Source of the DNA: Candidatus Nomurabacteria bacterium
GTDB taxonomy: Bacteria; Patescibacteriota; Minisyncoccia; Phycocordibacterales; UBA5272
DNA: 64,000 nucleotides
Assembly: GCA_028286645.1 (NCBI GenBank)
Contig: JAQBRF010000002.1
Location: 58,518-122,517 of the forward strand
Reading direction: 5' to 3'
In this document: positions 46,376 through 55,999 of the stretch, in pieces
How positions within the stretch are numbered: position 1 is the stretch's first letter
Layout of the letters: every line of letters starts with the position of its first letter
Made by a program: the position numbers and the translations under genes
Notes under the pieces: model-generated
Told to the model about the DNA's origin: nothing
What the model saw: only the letters and a program-made list of their open reading frames with translations
Databases searched by the model: none

Positions 46376-47359
46376 ATGACCCCCATTATTCCAACAATAG
46401 ACAATGAGGAAACCAGGCACTTGGACAGCGCTCTTCGCCCTTCTAAATTTTCAGATTATATAGGTCAGGACACCATAAAAAATAATCTACACATACTTTT
46501 AACTGCCGCCCGCGAAAGAAATACTCCGCCGGAACACATACTTTTATACGGACCTCCCGGACTAGGGAAAACCACTCTTGCTCATTTAATAGCTAAAGAA
46601 TTAAATGCAAATTTGAAACTTTCAAGCGGCCCAGCTATTATGAAAGTCGGAGACTTGGCCGCGATTCTCACAAACCTTTCTCCTGGAGATATTTTATTTA
46701 TAGATGAAATACACCGCTTAAATAAAATGATAGAAGAAGTGCTTTACCCCGCGATGGAGTCTGGGAAACTCGATATCGTTATAGGCAAAGGTCCGGCGGC
46801 GCGCACTATTCAGCTTGATCTTCCGCCTTTTACATTAATAGGCGCCACAACTCGCATGTCTTTACTTTCCTCCCCTCTTCGCTCGCGCTTTTCGGGCGGA
46901 GTATATAGATTGCAATATTATACAGAAGATGAGATCGCGCAAATAGTAAAAAATAGCGCGAAGGTTTTAGGGGCAGAGCTACCACAGGACGCTGCACATG
47001 AAATTGCTAAGAGATCTAGGTTTACTCCGAGAATCGCTAACTATTATTTAAAAAGAGCAAGAGATTACGCCCAAGTGCATAAAGCAAATATTGACAAAGA
47101 AGTTGTAGACACGGCGCTGTCAATGCTTGAAATCGATGAGTTCGGCATAGGGGTGTCTGAAAGAATGGTGCTTGATGCTTTGGTAAACACTTTTAGCGGG
47201 GGGCCTGTTGGATTAAACACTTTATCGGCCGCAACCGGAGAAGAAGAAGATACGATAGAAGATGTAACTGAGCCGTATTTGATTCAAATAGGAATGCTGG
47301 AGAGAACCCCGCGAGGAAGAAAGGCGACAGATAAAGCAATTAAATATTTTAAAAAATGA
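46376..47359 (+). CDS. ruvB: Holliday junction DNA helicase RuvB
   Basis: LRPSKFSDYIGQ...LLYGPPGLGKTTLA. Confidence 0.9.
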   Translation: MTPIIPTIDNEETRHLDSALRPSKFSDYIGQDTIKNNLHILLTAARERNTPPEHILLYGPPGLGKTTLAHLIAKELNANLKLSSGPAIMKVGDLAAILTNLSPGDILFIDEIHRLNKMIEEVLYPAMESGKLDIVIGKGPAARTIQLDLPPFTLIGATTRMSLLSSPLRSRFSGGVYRLQYYTEDEIAQIVKNSAKVLGAELPQDAAHEIAKRSRFTPRIANYYLKRARDYAQVHKANIDKEVVDTALSMLEIDEFGIGVSERMVLDALVNTFSGGPVGLNTLSAATGEEEDTIEDVTEPYLIQIGMLERTPRGRKATDKAIKYFKK

Positions 47360-47856
47360 GTTCTGTAAGAATTTTAGGTATTGATCCTGGATATGATCGA
47401 TTGGGTGTGTGTGTTTTAGATACTGAGCAAGGAAAAGAAACTTTGGTTTTTTCTACTTGCATTACCACTAGCAAGAAAGAATCCTTTGAGGAAAGGCTTT
47501 TAAAGGCAGGCGATGAGCTAGAAAACATAATAAAAGAATATTCTCCGAACGAAGTTTCAATTGAAAAGATTTTTTTCACCAGAAGCAAAACAACCGCGAT
47601 GCATGTGGCGCAAATCCGCGGAGTATGTATTTACTTAACTCAAAAACATAAACTACTTATGGCTGAGTACTCGCCTCCTGAAATAAAATTATCTGTTGCA
47701 GGGCATGGCGGCGCCTCTAAAGACGATGTCTCCTTTATGGTTTCGAGGATTTTAAAATTAGACCAGACAAAAAACAAAACCCTTGATGATGAAATGGATG
47801 CTATCGCTATCGCTCTTACCCATAGTTCTCACAGAAAAATGAAAGGCTGGAAATAG
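47356..47856 (+). CDS. ruvC: Crossover junction endodeoxyribonuclease RuvC
   Basis: ILGIDPGYDRLGVCVLD; overlaps ruvB stop by 4 nt. Confidence 0.85.
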   Translation: MSSVRILGIDPGYDRLGVCVLDTEQGKETLVFSTCITTSKKESFEERLLKAGDELENIIKEYSPNEVSIEKIFFTRSKTTAMHVAQIRGVCIYLTQKHKLLMAEYSPPEIKLSVAGHGGASKDDVSFMVSRILKLDQTKNKTLDDEMDAIAIALTHSSHRKMKGWK

Positions 47857-47929
47857 TTTCATAAGGATTTTGGCTCTAGGGCTTGCACATATCTAAATAA
47901 GGTGATATCTTTTCATACATCACATTTGT

Positions 47930-48106
47930 ATGCTTATTGAAGACGATTCAAAAATACCTGCAGAAATAAACCCTGACGCTCTAGAAGAAGCCATGCTTGA
48001 TGACTTTTTAGTGGCAGAGGAGTCCGCCGTCATAGTTGTAGAGGAAGAAGACGAGCGAGAGGACGAACTTGATATTGCTTTTAAGGACGACGACGAGAGC
48101 TGGTAG
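47930..48106 (+). CDS. Small highly acidic protein (58 aa)
   Basis: MLIEDDSKIPAEINPDALEEAMLDDFLVAEESAVIVVEEEDEREDELDIAFKDDDESW; below track size cutoff; bidirectional terminator 48169..48194 follows. Confidence 0.3.
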   Translation: MLIEDDSKIPAEINPDALEEAMLDDFLVAEESAVIVVEEEDEREDELDIAFKDDDESW

Positions 48107-48211
48107 GTCGACGAGTGAAGGCGAGGAAGATACTGAGGCCAGCAGGCCGAATGTAAAAAAATAAAACAAGAGCGGTGCCACAGGCGCCGCTCTTTTGTCT
48201 TTATTCTGTAA

Positions 48212-49405
48212 TTAATCCACGATCACTCGGACAAATCTCTTCTTTCCGATTTTTAAAGTTATATTCGTTGCTTTTTCTTTTGGGTCTGTAATTTCACCGC
48301 CAGCAATATTTGTGACAGCTTTTGCTTCTACGAGCCTTCTCCATTCTGACTTAGAAGGCACTACCGCGTTTTCAACCAAGATATCAACAAGCTCTTTATC
48401 TTTCGTGGTATGAATCTCTAAAATTTCATCAGGCACCCCGCCTTTTTGAAAAGCTTCTACCCATGAATTTTTTGCAAGCCCTGCTTCTTTTTCTCCGTGA
48501 TAAATAGTGACTACTTCTGTTCCTAATCTCATTTTTACATCTCTTGGGTTTGCCCCATCTTTTAATTCTTTTTCAATCTTTCTAATTTCTTCCAAGTCCA
48601 GATCTGTGCAAAGTGTGAAATATTTTATAATTAGATCATCCCTGATAGACATAATCTTTCCGAACATATCAAAAGGCTGATCCACTATTGTTATTACATT
48701 TCCCCACGAAGTAGACATTTTTCTGCCGTCCGTTCCTTCTAGCATAGAAAGGGTTATTATATTTTGCTTAGGCATTCCATAAACCTCTTGAATAACCCTG
48801 CCCGCCTTTAAGTTAAACAGCTGGTCAAAACCGCCGATTTCTACATCGGCCTTAACCGCCACTGAATCATATCCTTGCATGATTGGATATAAAAACTCCC
48901 GAAGAGAGATTTCTTTCCCTTGATCATATCTATCTTTGAAATTTCGTCGTGCGAGCATCTGCTGAACAGTGAATGATTCAGCGAGACTAGCAACATCAGA
49001 AAAAGTAAGCTTTGAAAGCCAGTCGTTATTATATAAGAATTCTATTTTAGATATATCTAAAATCTTTGAGATTTGATTTTTATAATCTTTTAGATTTTCG
49101 TCTATTTCAGACCGGGCAAGCATGGGGCGTTTATCGGACTTGTCCGATGCGTCTCCGACCTGCGCTGTGAAATCTCCCACGATAAACACTACTTGGTGCC
49201 CCAACTTTTGAAATTCACGGAGTTTTCTTATTGGGATAGCTCGCCCTAAGTGAATTTTCGGGCCAGTTGGATCTACTCCCAGCTTAATACGCAAAACTTT
49301 TCCAGACAAAAGCTCTTTTTTTAGTTCTTCTTTAACTATTACATCTTCTACTCCTCGAGAAAGAAGTTCGTCGATCCGCGCTTCATCCACAATGATTTTA
49401 TCCAT
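48212..49405 (-). CDS. tyrS: Tyrosine--tRNA ligase
   Basis: Class I HIGH-region equivalent (KIHLG) and KMSTS motif; C-terminal S4-like domain. Confidence 0.9.
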   Translation of the reverse strand: MDKIIVDEARIDELLSRGVEDVIVKEELKKELLSGKVLRIKLGVDPTGPKIHLGRAIPIRKLREFQKLGHQVVFIVGDFTAQVGDASDKSDKRPMLARSEIDENLKDYKNQISKILDISKIEFLYNNDWLSKLTFSDVASLAESFTVQQMLARRNFKDRYDQGKEISLREFLYPIMQGYDSVAVKADVEIGGFDQLFNLKAGRVIQEVYGMPKQNIITLSMLEGTDGRKMSTSWGNVITIVDQPFDMFGKIMSIRDDLIIKYFTLCTDLDLEEIRKIEKELKDGANPRDVKMRLGTEVVTIYHGEKEAGLAKNSWVEAFQKGGVPDEILEIHTTKDKELVDILVENAVVPSKSEWRRLVEAKAVTNIAGGEITDPKEKATNITLKIGKKRFVRVIVD

Positions 49406-49453
49406 CTAAATATACTAACACGGGCGCCTTTTTTTTGAAATTATGGTACTATT

Positions 49454-51628
49454 TTGTTTATGTCTGTAAACCCCTCATTACGAAAGAAAACTCTTCGAAA
49501 AAAACTTTTTCGAGAGTTTCTTTTGAGTTTTATTGCTTTAATGATAATCGTGCTTGCTCTGGGAATTTCATGGGTGGCGAATCTAGAGCTTCCTGATTTT
49601 AACAATTTCGAAAATAGGGCAGTTGCAAATTCAACGAAAATTTATGACAGAACCGGAAAAATAGTTCTTTATAGCATATATGACAATATAAAACGCACCC
49701 AAGTTCCAATTACCGAAGTCAGCCCTTATATAAAACAAGCCACTGTTTCTATTGAAGATTCAAGTTTTTATGAGCATCATGGCTTTAAAATCACCTCTTT
49801 TATAAGAGCAATGCTTGCAAATTTGCAAAGTGGGGGCTTTTCCCAGGGAGGGTCTACAATTACTCAGCAGGTGGTTAAAAATGCACTTCTTACTCGAGAT
49901 AAGACAATCAGCCGAAAGCTAAAAGAAATCGTTCTTTCTCTTAAACTTGATCGTCAGGTTCCTAAGGATATGATTTTACAGATATACTTAAATGAAAGCC
50001 CCTACGGAGGAACTATTTATGGCGTGGAAGAGGCCTCTATGACGTACTTCGGAAAACCTTCTAAGGATGTAACTTTAACGGAGGCAGCCTATCTTGCGGC
50101 CCTTCCCCAGTCTCCAACATACTATTCTCCTTTTGGTAAACACCAAGATGCTTTGGAAAAAAGAAAGAACTTAGTTTTAGAGAGAATGTATGAACTTGGA
50201 TACATAACAGAGGCTGAGAAAAACACTTCTCAAGCCGAAACAATTAAATTTGAAAAATCTGGAGAAAACACTGGCAAGGCACTTCACTTTGATATGTACA
50301 TAAGAGAATATCTGGAACAAAAGTATGGAACTGATATGGTGCAAAATGGTGGATTAAAAGTTATTTCAACCATTGATTACGAACTACAAAAGAAAATGGA
50401 AGCTGTTGTAAAGGAGGGGGCGCTCTTAAATGCAAAAACAGTTAATGCGTCAAACGCTGCACTTGTCGCAATTGATCCTAAAACAGGTGAAATCCTATCA
50501 ATGGTGGGGTCTCGCGATTTCTTTGATACAGAAATACAAGGACAGTACAATATAGCAACCGCGCTCCGCCAGCCGGGGTCTTCATTTAAGCCTTTTGTGT
50601 ATGCTGCGGCTTTAAATCTTGGCTACACCCCTGAAACCATACTGTTTGATGTGCCAACACAATTCAGCACTGCGTGTGATGCATATGGAAATCCGCTTGC
50701 TGGATCAAAAGCCTCTTCTTGTTATATGCCAAATAACTTTGACGACGCTTTTCGAGGACCGGTCTCCTTAAGAAGCGCGCTCGCTCAATCTCTAAACATT
50801 CCTTCCGTTAAACTTCTTTACTTGGTGGGACTAAATAAAGCAATATCACTTGCTCAAGACATGGGACTTTCAACAATTACAGACCCTTCTCGATACGGAC
50901 TTTCGTTAGTCCTTGGAGGCGGGGAAGTTACTTTGCTTGAATTAACAAATGCATATGGAGTATTTGCTAATAATGGAGTTTATTCAAAACCACAAGGAAT
51001 ACTAGAAATACGAGACAGAGACAATAACCTTTTAGAAAAATTTACACCTGAGCAAAAACAAGTTCTCCCCGAACCAGTCACTTCCGATATTTCAAGCATG
51101 TTGTCAGACTTCGAAGCACGACACACAACAAACCAGGCGTTTAAGTTCGGAGATAGGCCTGTGGCGCTCAAAACAGGTACTACAAACGACTATCGCGATG
51201 TTTGGGTAGTTGGATATACCCCCTCACTTGTAATTGGCATGTGGGCGGGAAATAACGACAACACTCCAATCGCTAAAAAAGTTTCCGGACTTGTCCTGGT
51301 TCCGATTTGGCATAAAGCTCTTGTCGAAGCTATGGGAACTTCTTCCATAGAATATTTCCCTGAGCCGTTACCAAATACTTCTACAAAACCAATACTTAGA
51401 GGAGACTACTGCGCCCCTGACGGAATTCATACCATCCTTCAGTATGTAAAGAAAAGTGATCCAGAGGGACCCGCTCCGGAGAATCCAGCCTCAGACCCTC
51501 AATATTCTCTTTGGGAAACAGGGTTGCAGAATTGGTTAGCAGCCAATCCTCTTTCTTGTGGAATGTCAAATACTCAAGAAAACACCACCCAGACAAATGT
51601 CGTTATCGCAACTACCACGGTGCAATAA
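49454..51628 (+). CDS. Class A penicillin-binding protein (glycosyltransferase + transpeptidase)
   Basis: GT51 motif EDSSFYEHHGF; SSFKPF (SxxK) and KTGTTND motifs. Confidence 0.9.
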   Translation: MFMSVNPSLRKKTLRKKLFREFLLSFIALMIIVLALGISWVANLELPDFNNFENRAVANSTKIYDRTGKIVLYSIYDNIKRTQVPITEVSPYIKQATVSIEDSSFYEHHGFKITSFIRAMLANLQSGGFSQGGSTITQQVVKNALLTRDKTISRKLKEIVLSLKLDRQVPKDMILQIYLNESPYGGTIYGVEEASMTYFGKPSKDVTLTEAAYLAALPQSPTYYSPFGKHQDALEKRKNLVLERMYELGYITEAEKNTSQAETIKFEKSGENTGKALHFDMYIREYLEQKYGTDMVQNGGLKVISTIDYELQKKMEAVVKEGALLNAKTVNASNAALVAIDPKTGEILSMVGSRDFFDTEIQGQYNIATALRQPGSSFKPFVYAAALNLGYTPETILFDVPTQFSTACDAYGNPLAGSKASSCYMPNNFDDAFRGPVSLRSALAQSLNIPSVKLLYLVGLNKAISLAQDMGLSTITDPSRYGLSLVLGGGEVTLLELTNAYGVFANNGVYSKPQGILEIRDRDNNLLEKFTPEQKQVLPEPVTSDISSMLSDFEARHTTNQAFKFGDRPVALKTGTTNDYRDVWVVGYTPSLVIGMWAGNNDNTPIAKKVSGLVLVPIWHKALVEAMGTSSIEYFPEPLPNTSTKPILRGDYCAPDGIHTILQYVKKSDPEGPAPENPASDPQYSLWETGLQNWLAANPLSCGMSNTQENTTQTNVVIATTTVQ

Positions 51629-51629
51629 A

Positions 51630-51860
51630 CTATTTAAGCGTAAACTTATTTTCTTCTAAGATTTTTTTTATACCCTTTTGGAAAAGCAGGCTTTTTTTAA
51701 CTGATGTCGTATTTAAACTTACCTCCTTTTTCGTTACTTGTATTTCCTCTTCTTTTAAAGATACGCCCGTCTTTTCTTTTATTTCATTAATTATTTGCTC
51801 CTTGGTCTTCTTTTGATTAATAAGAGCTTTTATATGCTTTTCAAATAGACCTAAATCCAT
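51630..51860 (-). CDS. Small hypothetical protein
   Basis: 76 aa Lys/Glu-rich ORF between the PBP gene and dnaN. Confidence 0.35.
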   Translation of the reverse strand: MDLGLFEKHIKALINQKKTKEQIINEIKEKTGVSLKEEEIQVTKKEVSLNTTSVKKSLLFQKGIKKILEENKFTLK

Positions 51861-51861
51861 A

Positions 51862-52953
51862 CTATCTATTTAGTGGCATTAGAAGATAGGTTAAAGTTAC
51901 GTCTTCTTTCCCTTTTATAAACATGGGTCTGTTAGATGTGGTGAACAAGCAGTTTATATTGTCTCCTTTTATATGAGGAAAAATTTCCAAGAAGTATCGG
52001 TTGTTATATTTTACTTCAATATCTTCACCTTCTTTCTCTACATGGATGGTGTGGGTTATTTGACCAACGGATTCGTTTTTACTGTGCAAAGTAAGTTTAT
52101 CTCCTGTAAAAATACATTCTACTTGAGAATATTGTTCGTTAAAAAAGGTAGTAAGGGTTAGAGCTTTTTGTAATTCTTCTTTAGATAAAGACACCGTCGT
52201 TAGAAACTCTTTAGGAAAGAGTTGTTGATAGTCCGGAAACTGTCCTGTGGTCGTATGAATAGAAAGAGTAAGATTTGAAGATGAAACAGAAAGAATGCTT
52301 TCGTAAACAGAAAAACTTAAATCCCCTTCTTCCTCATTTAGGATTTGCAGTATATCCCCTATATGTTTTTGAGGAATCAAGAGAGAGCAGTCAAAAGATG
52401 TTTCGTTTGGGATAGTCTTTTCAACCAATCTATATGAATCTGTGGCAACAGAAAAAATAAGGTTATTTTTCGTATAAACATAAACAGAAGCAATTTCCGG
52501 TTTTATTTCGGTAGTTGCCGCAGCAAAAGAAACTTCTTTTAAGAGGGTGTTAATACTTTCTTTGGTCAGAGTCCCAATAGATTCTCCTTGATTAGGAAGT
52601 TTAGGGAAATCTTCATATGGGGTGGTTTTTATTTCAATAACCCCTTCTTCTGTGGTGATAGAAAAGACTCCTTCAATTAATTCACACATTAAAACAATGT
52701 CAGATGATTGAAAAGTTGATAAAATCCTTAAAAAGGTTTCCCCTAAAATAACACATGTTCCGTTTGTCATTCCTTTTACTGGAATACTTTTCTCACAAAA
52801 TATTTCAAGGTTTGTCGCTCTTAAACTTAACATGTGTCCGTCTAATTCAAGGTGTATATTTTGAAGATAATTTTGAGATTGTTTTTTACTTCTGGCGCGT
52901 GACACTTGTTGAACGGCTTTTATAAAGACATCTCCTTTGCATTCGAATTTCAT
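51862..52953 (-). CDS. dnaN: DNA polymerase III beta sliding clamp
   Basis: Length, position downstream of dnaA, MKFECKGDVFIKAV start. Confidence 0.85.
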   Translation of the reverse strand: MKFECKGDVFIKAVQQVSRARSKKQSQNYLQNIHLELDGHMLSLRATNLEIFCEKSIPVKGMTNGTCVILGETFLRILSTFQSSDIVLMCELIEGVFSITTEEGVIEIKTTPYEDFPKLPNQGESIGTLTKESINTLLKEVSFAAATTEIKPEIASVYVYTKNNLIFSVATDSYRLVEKTIPNETSFDCSLLIPQKHIGDILQILNEEEGDLSFSVYESILSVSSSNLTLSIHTTTGQFPDYQQLFPKEFLTTVSLSKEELQKALTLTTFFNEQYSQVECIFTGDKLTLHSKNESVGQITHTIHVEKEGEDIEVKYNNRYFLEIFPHIKGDNINCLFTTSNRPMFIKGKEDVTLTYLLMPLNR

Positions 52954-53271
52954 AAGGAAAGTATACCTTGTAGGTAAAAAACTGGATAGCTAAAAATTAA
53001 GTAAGCATCTGCCTCAGCTCCTAACTAAGGATATCTTCTGTAAGGTATATATAATATATGATATTAAGTATAGGTCTGTGGAGTGTGGGGATAAGGCACA
53101 AAATCCTTAATTTACAGTCTATTTTAGAAAATCTAGAATACATGAAATGAAAGGAATCGATGTATATTTTGTTTATAAAAACACAAAATCACTTAGATTT
53201 TCTTAATAAGAAACGCTTTATTCATGAGTTATTCTTTTGTTATCCACAAAGATTTCCACAACAAAAATAAA
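52954..53271. promoter_or_regulatory. Putative oriC (dnaA-dnaN intergenic region) with DnaA boxes and AT-rich unwinding element
   Basis: Perfect TTATCCACA at 53240..53248; TTATCCCCA (reverse) at ~53085; AT-rich aaggtatatataatatatgatattaagtata. Confidence 0.55.
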
Positions 53272-54618
53272 TTAAGCAATCATTTGGCGGATATCTTCAA
53301 TTTCCCTGCTTAGCTGAGGATTATCTTTTAAAAGACCTTTTATTTTTTCATAAGAATGTATCACTGTCGTGTGGTCTCTCCCCCCTAGGCGGTCTCCTAT
53401 CATGGGGTATGAAATATCAAAATCTTCCCTAAGGAGATACATAACTATTTGTCGAGGCTTAACAACATCCTTCCTTCTGGTTTTGTTGTAAATGTATACG
53501 TCTGGAATATGGTAATAATCAGCGATAAGTTTAACAATTTCAGGAATTGAAATGCTTTTCTTTGCTCTTGCGCTATTTTTTAAGAGATTTTTTACATCAA
53601 GCAGGGTTATGGCTTGGTTTTTCATTTGAATGTGTCCGAAAATGGAGGTCATAACCCCCTCCAACTCTCTAATGTTTCCTTGAATTGATTCAGCAACGTA
53701 TTCAAGAACTTCCTGAGGGATTTTATCTCTATATTCTTTAGTCTTGGACTGTAAAATCGCAAGACGAGATTCAAAAGGCGGAACATTTATATCTACGATC
53801 ATCCCTTGGTTGAACCGAGAGCGCAGCCGGTCTTCTAGTCCTATGATTAAATTCGGATGAACATCTGAAGAAAATATAATCTGCTTATTCATCTCATAAA
53901 GAGAATTAAATAAATGGAACAACTCATCCTGAGTTCTCTCTTTTCCATTAATAAATTGGATATCGTCCATTATAAAAACATCATATTTGCGATATTTTTC
54001 CTTAAAGACATTTATCTTGTTTAAATTCGTGGCATTAACCATGTCCATATAAAATTTTTCAAGGGAAGTGTAAAAGATTTTTCGTTCAGGGTATTTCTTT
54101 TTAACTGTGTTTCCTATAGCCTGCATCATGTGGGTCTTTCCTAGTCCTGTAGGCCCATATACAAAAAGCGGATTATAAACGATCCCAAGGCCATTTATGA
54201 CTGCCTGAGATGATGCGTACGCAACTTCGTTAAAAGACCCGACTATAAAATTATCAAAAGTATATCGAGGGTTTAATCCGTCGTCTTTATTTACATATAA
54301 ATCCTGCAGTGGAAGAGTTTGTCCGGTAATGGCTATGTGCTGAGCCTTTTTTTGAAGTGTTTCTGGTTTTACAACTGTAAAAACAACCGACCTAACTCCT
54401 TCGTGTATCATCCGGAGTATACGGAGAATAAATTTATGATATTTTTGATTGAGCCAGTCCTTAACAAACTCATTAGGCACTCCTATCGTCACCTCCCCCT
54501 CTTTGTAATCTATAATTCTTGTGTTTTTAAACCAAGTATTGAAGTTAACTCTAGAAAGCTCAATCTCAATTTGAGACAAGGCACTATTCCAAAGCTGTTG
54601 GTAATCCATAATTCTCAA
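53272..54618 (-). CDS. dnaA: Chromosomal replication initiator DnaA
   Basis: AAA+ GPTGLGKTHMMQAIG; C-terminal DnaA-box binding domain. Confidence 0.9.
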   Translation of the reverse strand: MRIMDYQQLWNSALSQIEIELSRVNFNTWFKNTRIIDYKEGEVTIGVPNEFVKDWLNQKYHKFILRILRMIHEGVRSVVFTVVKPETLQKKAQHIAITGQTLPLQDLYVNKDDGLNPRYTFDNFIVGSFNEVAYASSQAVINGLGIVYNPLFVYGPTGLGKTHMMQAIGNTVKKKYPERKIFYTSLEKFYMDMVNATNLNKINVFKEKYRKYDVFIMDDIQFINGKERTQDELFHLFNSLYEMNKQIIFSSDVHPNLIIGLEDRLRSRFNQGMIVDINVPPFESRLAILQSKTKEYRDKIPQEVLEYVAESIQGNIRELEGVMTSIFGHIQMKNQAITLLDVKNLLKNSARAKKSISIPEIVKLIADYYHIPDVYIYNKTRRKDVVKPRQIVMYLLREDFDISYPMIGDRLGGRDHTTVIHSYEKIKGLLKDNPQLSREIEDIRQMIA

Positions 54619-54819
54619 GTATACACATCAAAAACTTTGCCACAACTTGACGCGGCTCCAGATTGCAGACATAAGATATTAGATTCTAAACTTCTCTTAA
54701 AATCCGACAATTCAAACATTAAATTTCTTTCTTTTTTGTATTATCCGCCGTTTAAAATCTAAAGTCTGGACGCTGTCTAAGCGGTTGATTAATCTGTGTT
54801 TTCAGTGTAGAATGCTCCC

Positions 54820-54954
54820 ATGTCTGTAACATACCAACCAAAAAGAAAGAAGAGAGGAACCACTCACGGCTTCCTAGTCAGGATGCGTACAAAAGGAGGG
54901 AAAGCCATTATTTCTCGCCGCCGAAAAGATGGAAGGAAGAAGCTTTCTGTTTAA
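54820..54954 (+). CDS. rpmH: 50S ribosomal protein L34
   Basis: [44 protein letters not shown]; not in ORF track (44 aa). Confidence 0.85.
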   Translation: MSVTYQPKRKKRGTTHGFLVRMRTKGGKAIISRRRKDGRKKLSV

Positions 54955-54959
54955 TTTAC

Positions 54960-55274
54960 ATGATTCCGAAATCGGAACGTCTAACAAAGCAGGATTTTAA
55001 CGGGTTACGCCCAAAGATTATTTTTCGGGGCACATATGTTGATGTGGCTGTTTCAAAGAGCGAAGTAACTAAATTTGCATGCATTGTTTCAAAAAAAAGG
55101 ATAAAAAAAGCAACCGACAGAAATACAGCAAAGAGAAGAGTTTACTCAATCTTAAGAGATGTGAGGCCAAAGAATAATTTTTTCGTTCTTCTTTACCCCA
55201 AGCAAAATGCTATTTCGGGAGAATTTTTAAAGATAAAGGAAGAAATATCTCAAGCGTTTGATACAATAGATTAA
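54960..55274 (+). CDS. rnpA: RNase P protein component
   Basis: Position after rpmH; basic 104-aa protein ...KRIKKATDRNTAKRR. Confidence 0.8.
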   Translation: MIPKSERLTKQDFNGLRPKIIFRGTYVDVAVSKSEVTKFACIVSKKRIKKATDRNTAKRRVYSILRDVRPKNNFFVLLYPKQNAISGEFLKIKEEISQAFDTID

Positions 55275-55276
55275 CT

Positions 55277-55999
55277 ATGTTCCATACAATATTTTACGAA
55301 CCCATATATAACCTCCTTGCCACTATTTTAAACATAGTGCCTTTGCATGATGTCGGGCTAGGAATCGTGCTTATTACAATTGTAGTAAAAGTCATACTTT
55401 TGCCGCTGAATCTTTCTGCATTGCGGACTCAATATGTAATGAAAAGAATTGAGCCTGAAATGAATAAAATAAAAGAGCTTCAAAAGACCAGCCCTCAAGA
55501 AGCTTCAAAAAAGATGATGGAGCTTTACAAGAAAGAAAATGTAAACCCTTTTGCAAGCCTTCTTGTTTTTATTATTCAAATGCCAGTGCTTATAGCCCTC
55601 TACTTCGTTTGTAGGAACGGACTACATGCAGACCCGAACTCCTTGTATTCTTTTGTTACATTTCCGGAATCCCTACATACCGTCGCCTTCGGACTATTTG
55701 ATGTAACAAAGAAGAACATATACATAGCCGTTATTGCAGGGATTTCTTCATATATTTTAGCTCGCAGACAAACACAAAGCATGATTTCTAAGAAGGTGGG
55801 TAGCGGAGAATCCTTCCAAGATCAGCTTATGAAGTCAATGAGAGTGCAACTCTTATATGTTCTTCCTATAATTATTACATTTTCTGCGGCGGTACTGCCA
55901 GCAGCCCTAGGCCTTTATTGGGTGGTGAGCAATGTAATTAATTATTTACAAGATGTGTATACAAAAAGAAGACTGGCACATTTAAAACCGCTTGATTAA
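55277..55999 (+). CDS. yidC: Membrane protein insertase YidC (short form)
   Basis: Conserved rpmH-rnpA-yidC synteny; multi-TM; KMMELYKKENVNPF motif. Confidence 0.8.
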   Translation: MFHTIFYEPIYNLLATILNIVPLHDVGLGIVLITIVVKVILLPLNLSALRTQYVMKRIEPEMNKIKELQKTSPQEASKKMMELYKKENVNPFASLLVFIIQMPVLIALYFVCRNGLHADPNSLYSFVTFPESLHTVAFGLFDVTKKNIYIAVIAGISSYILARRQTQSMISKKVGSGESFQDQLMKSMRVQLLYVLPIIITFSAAVLPAALGLYWVVSNVINYLQDVYTKRRLAHLKPLD

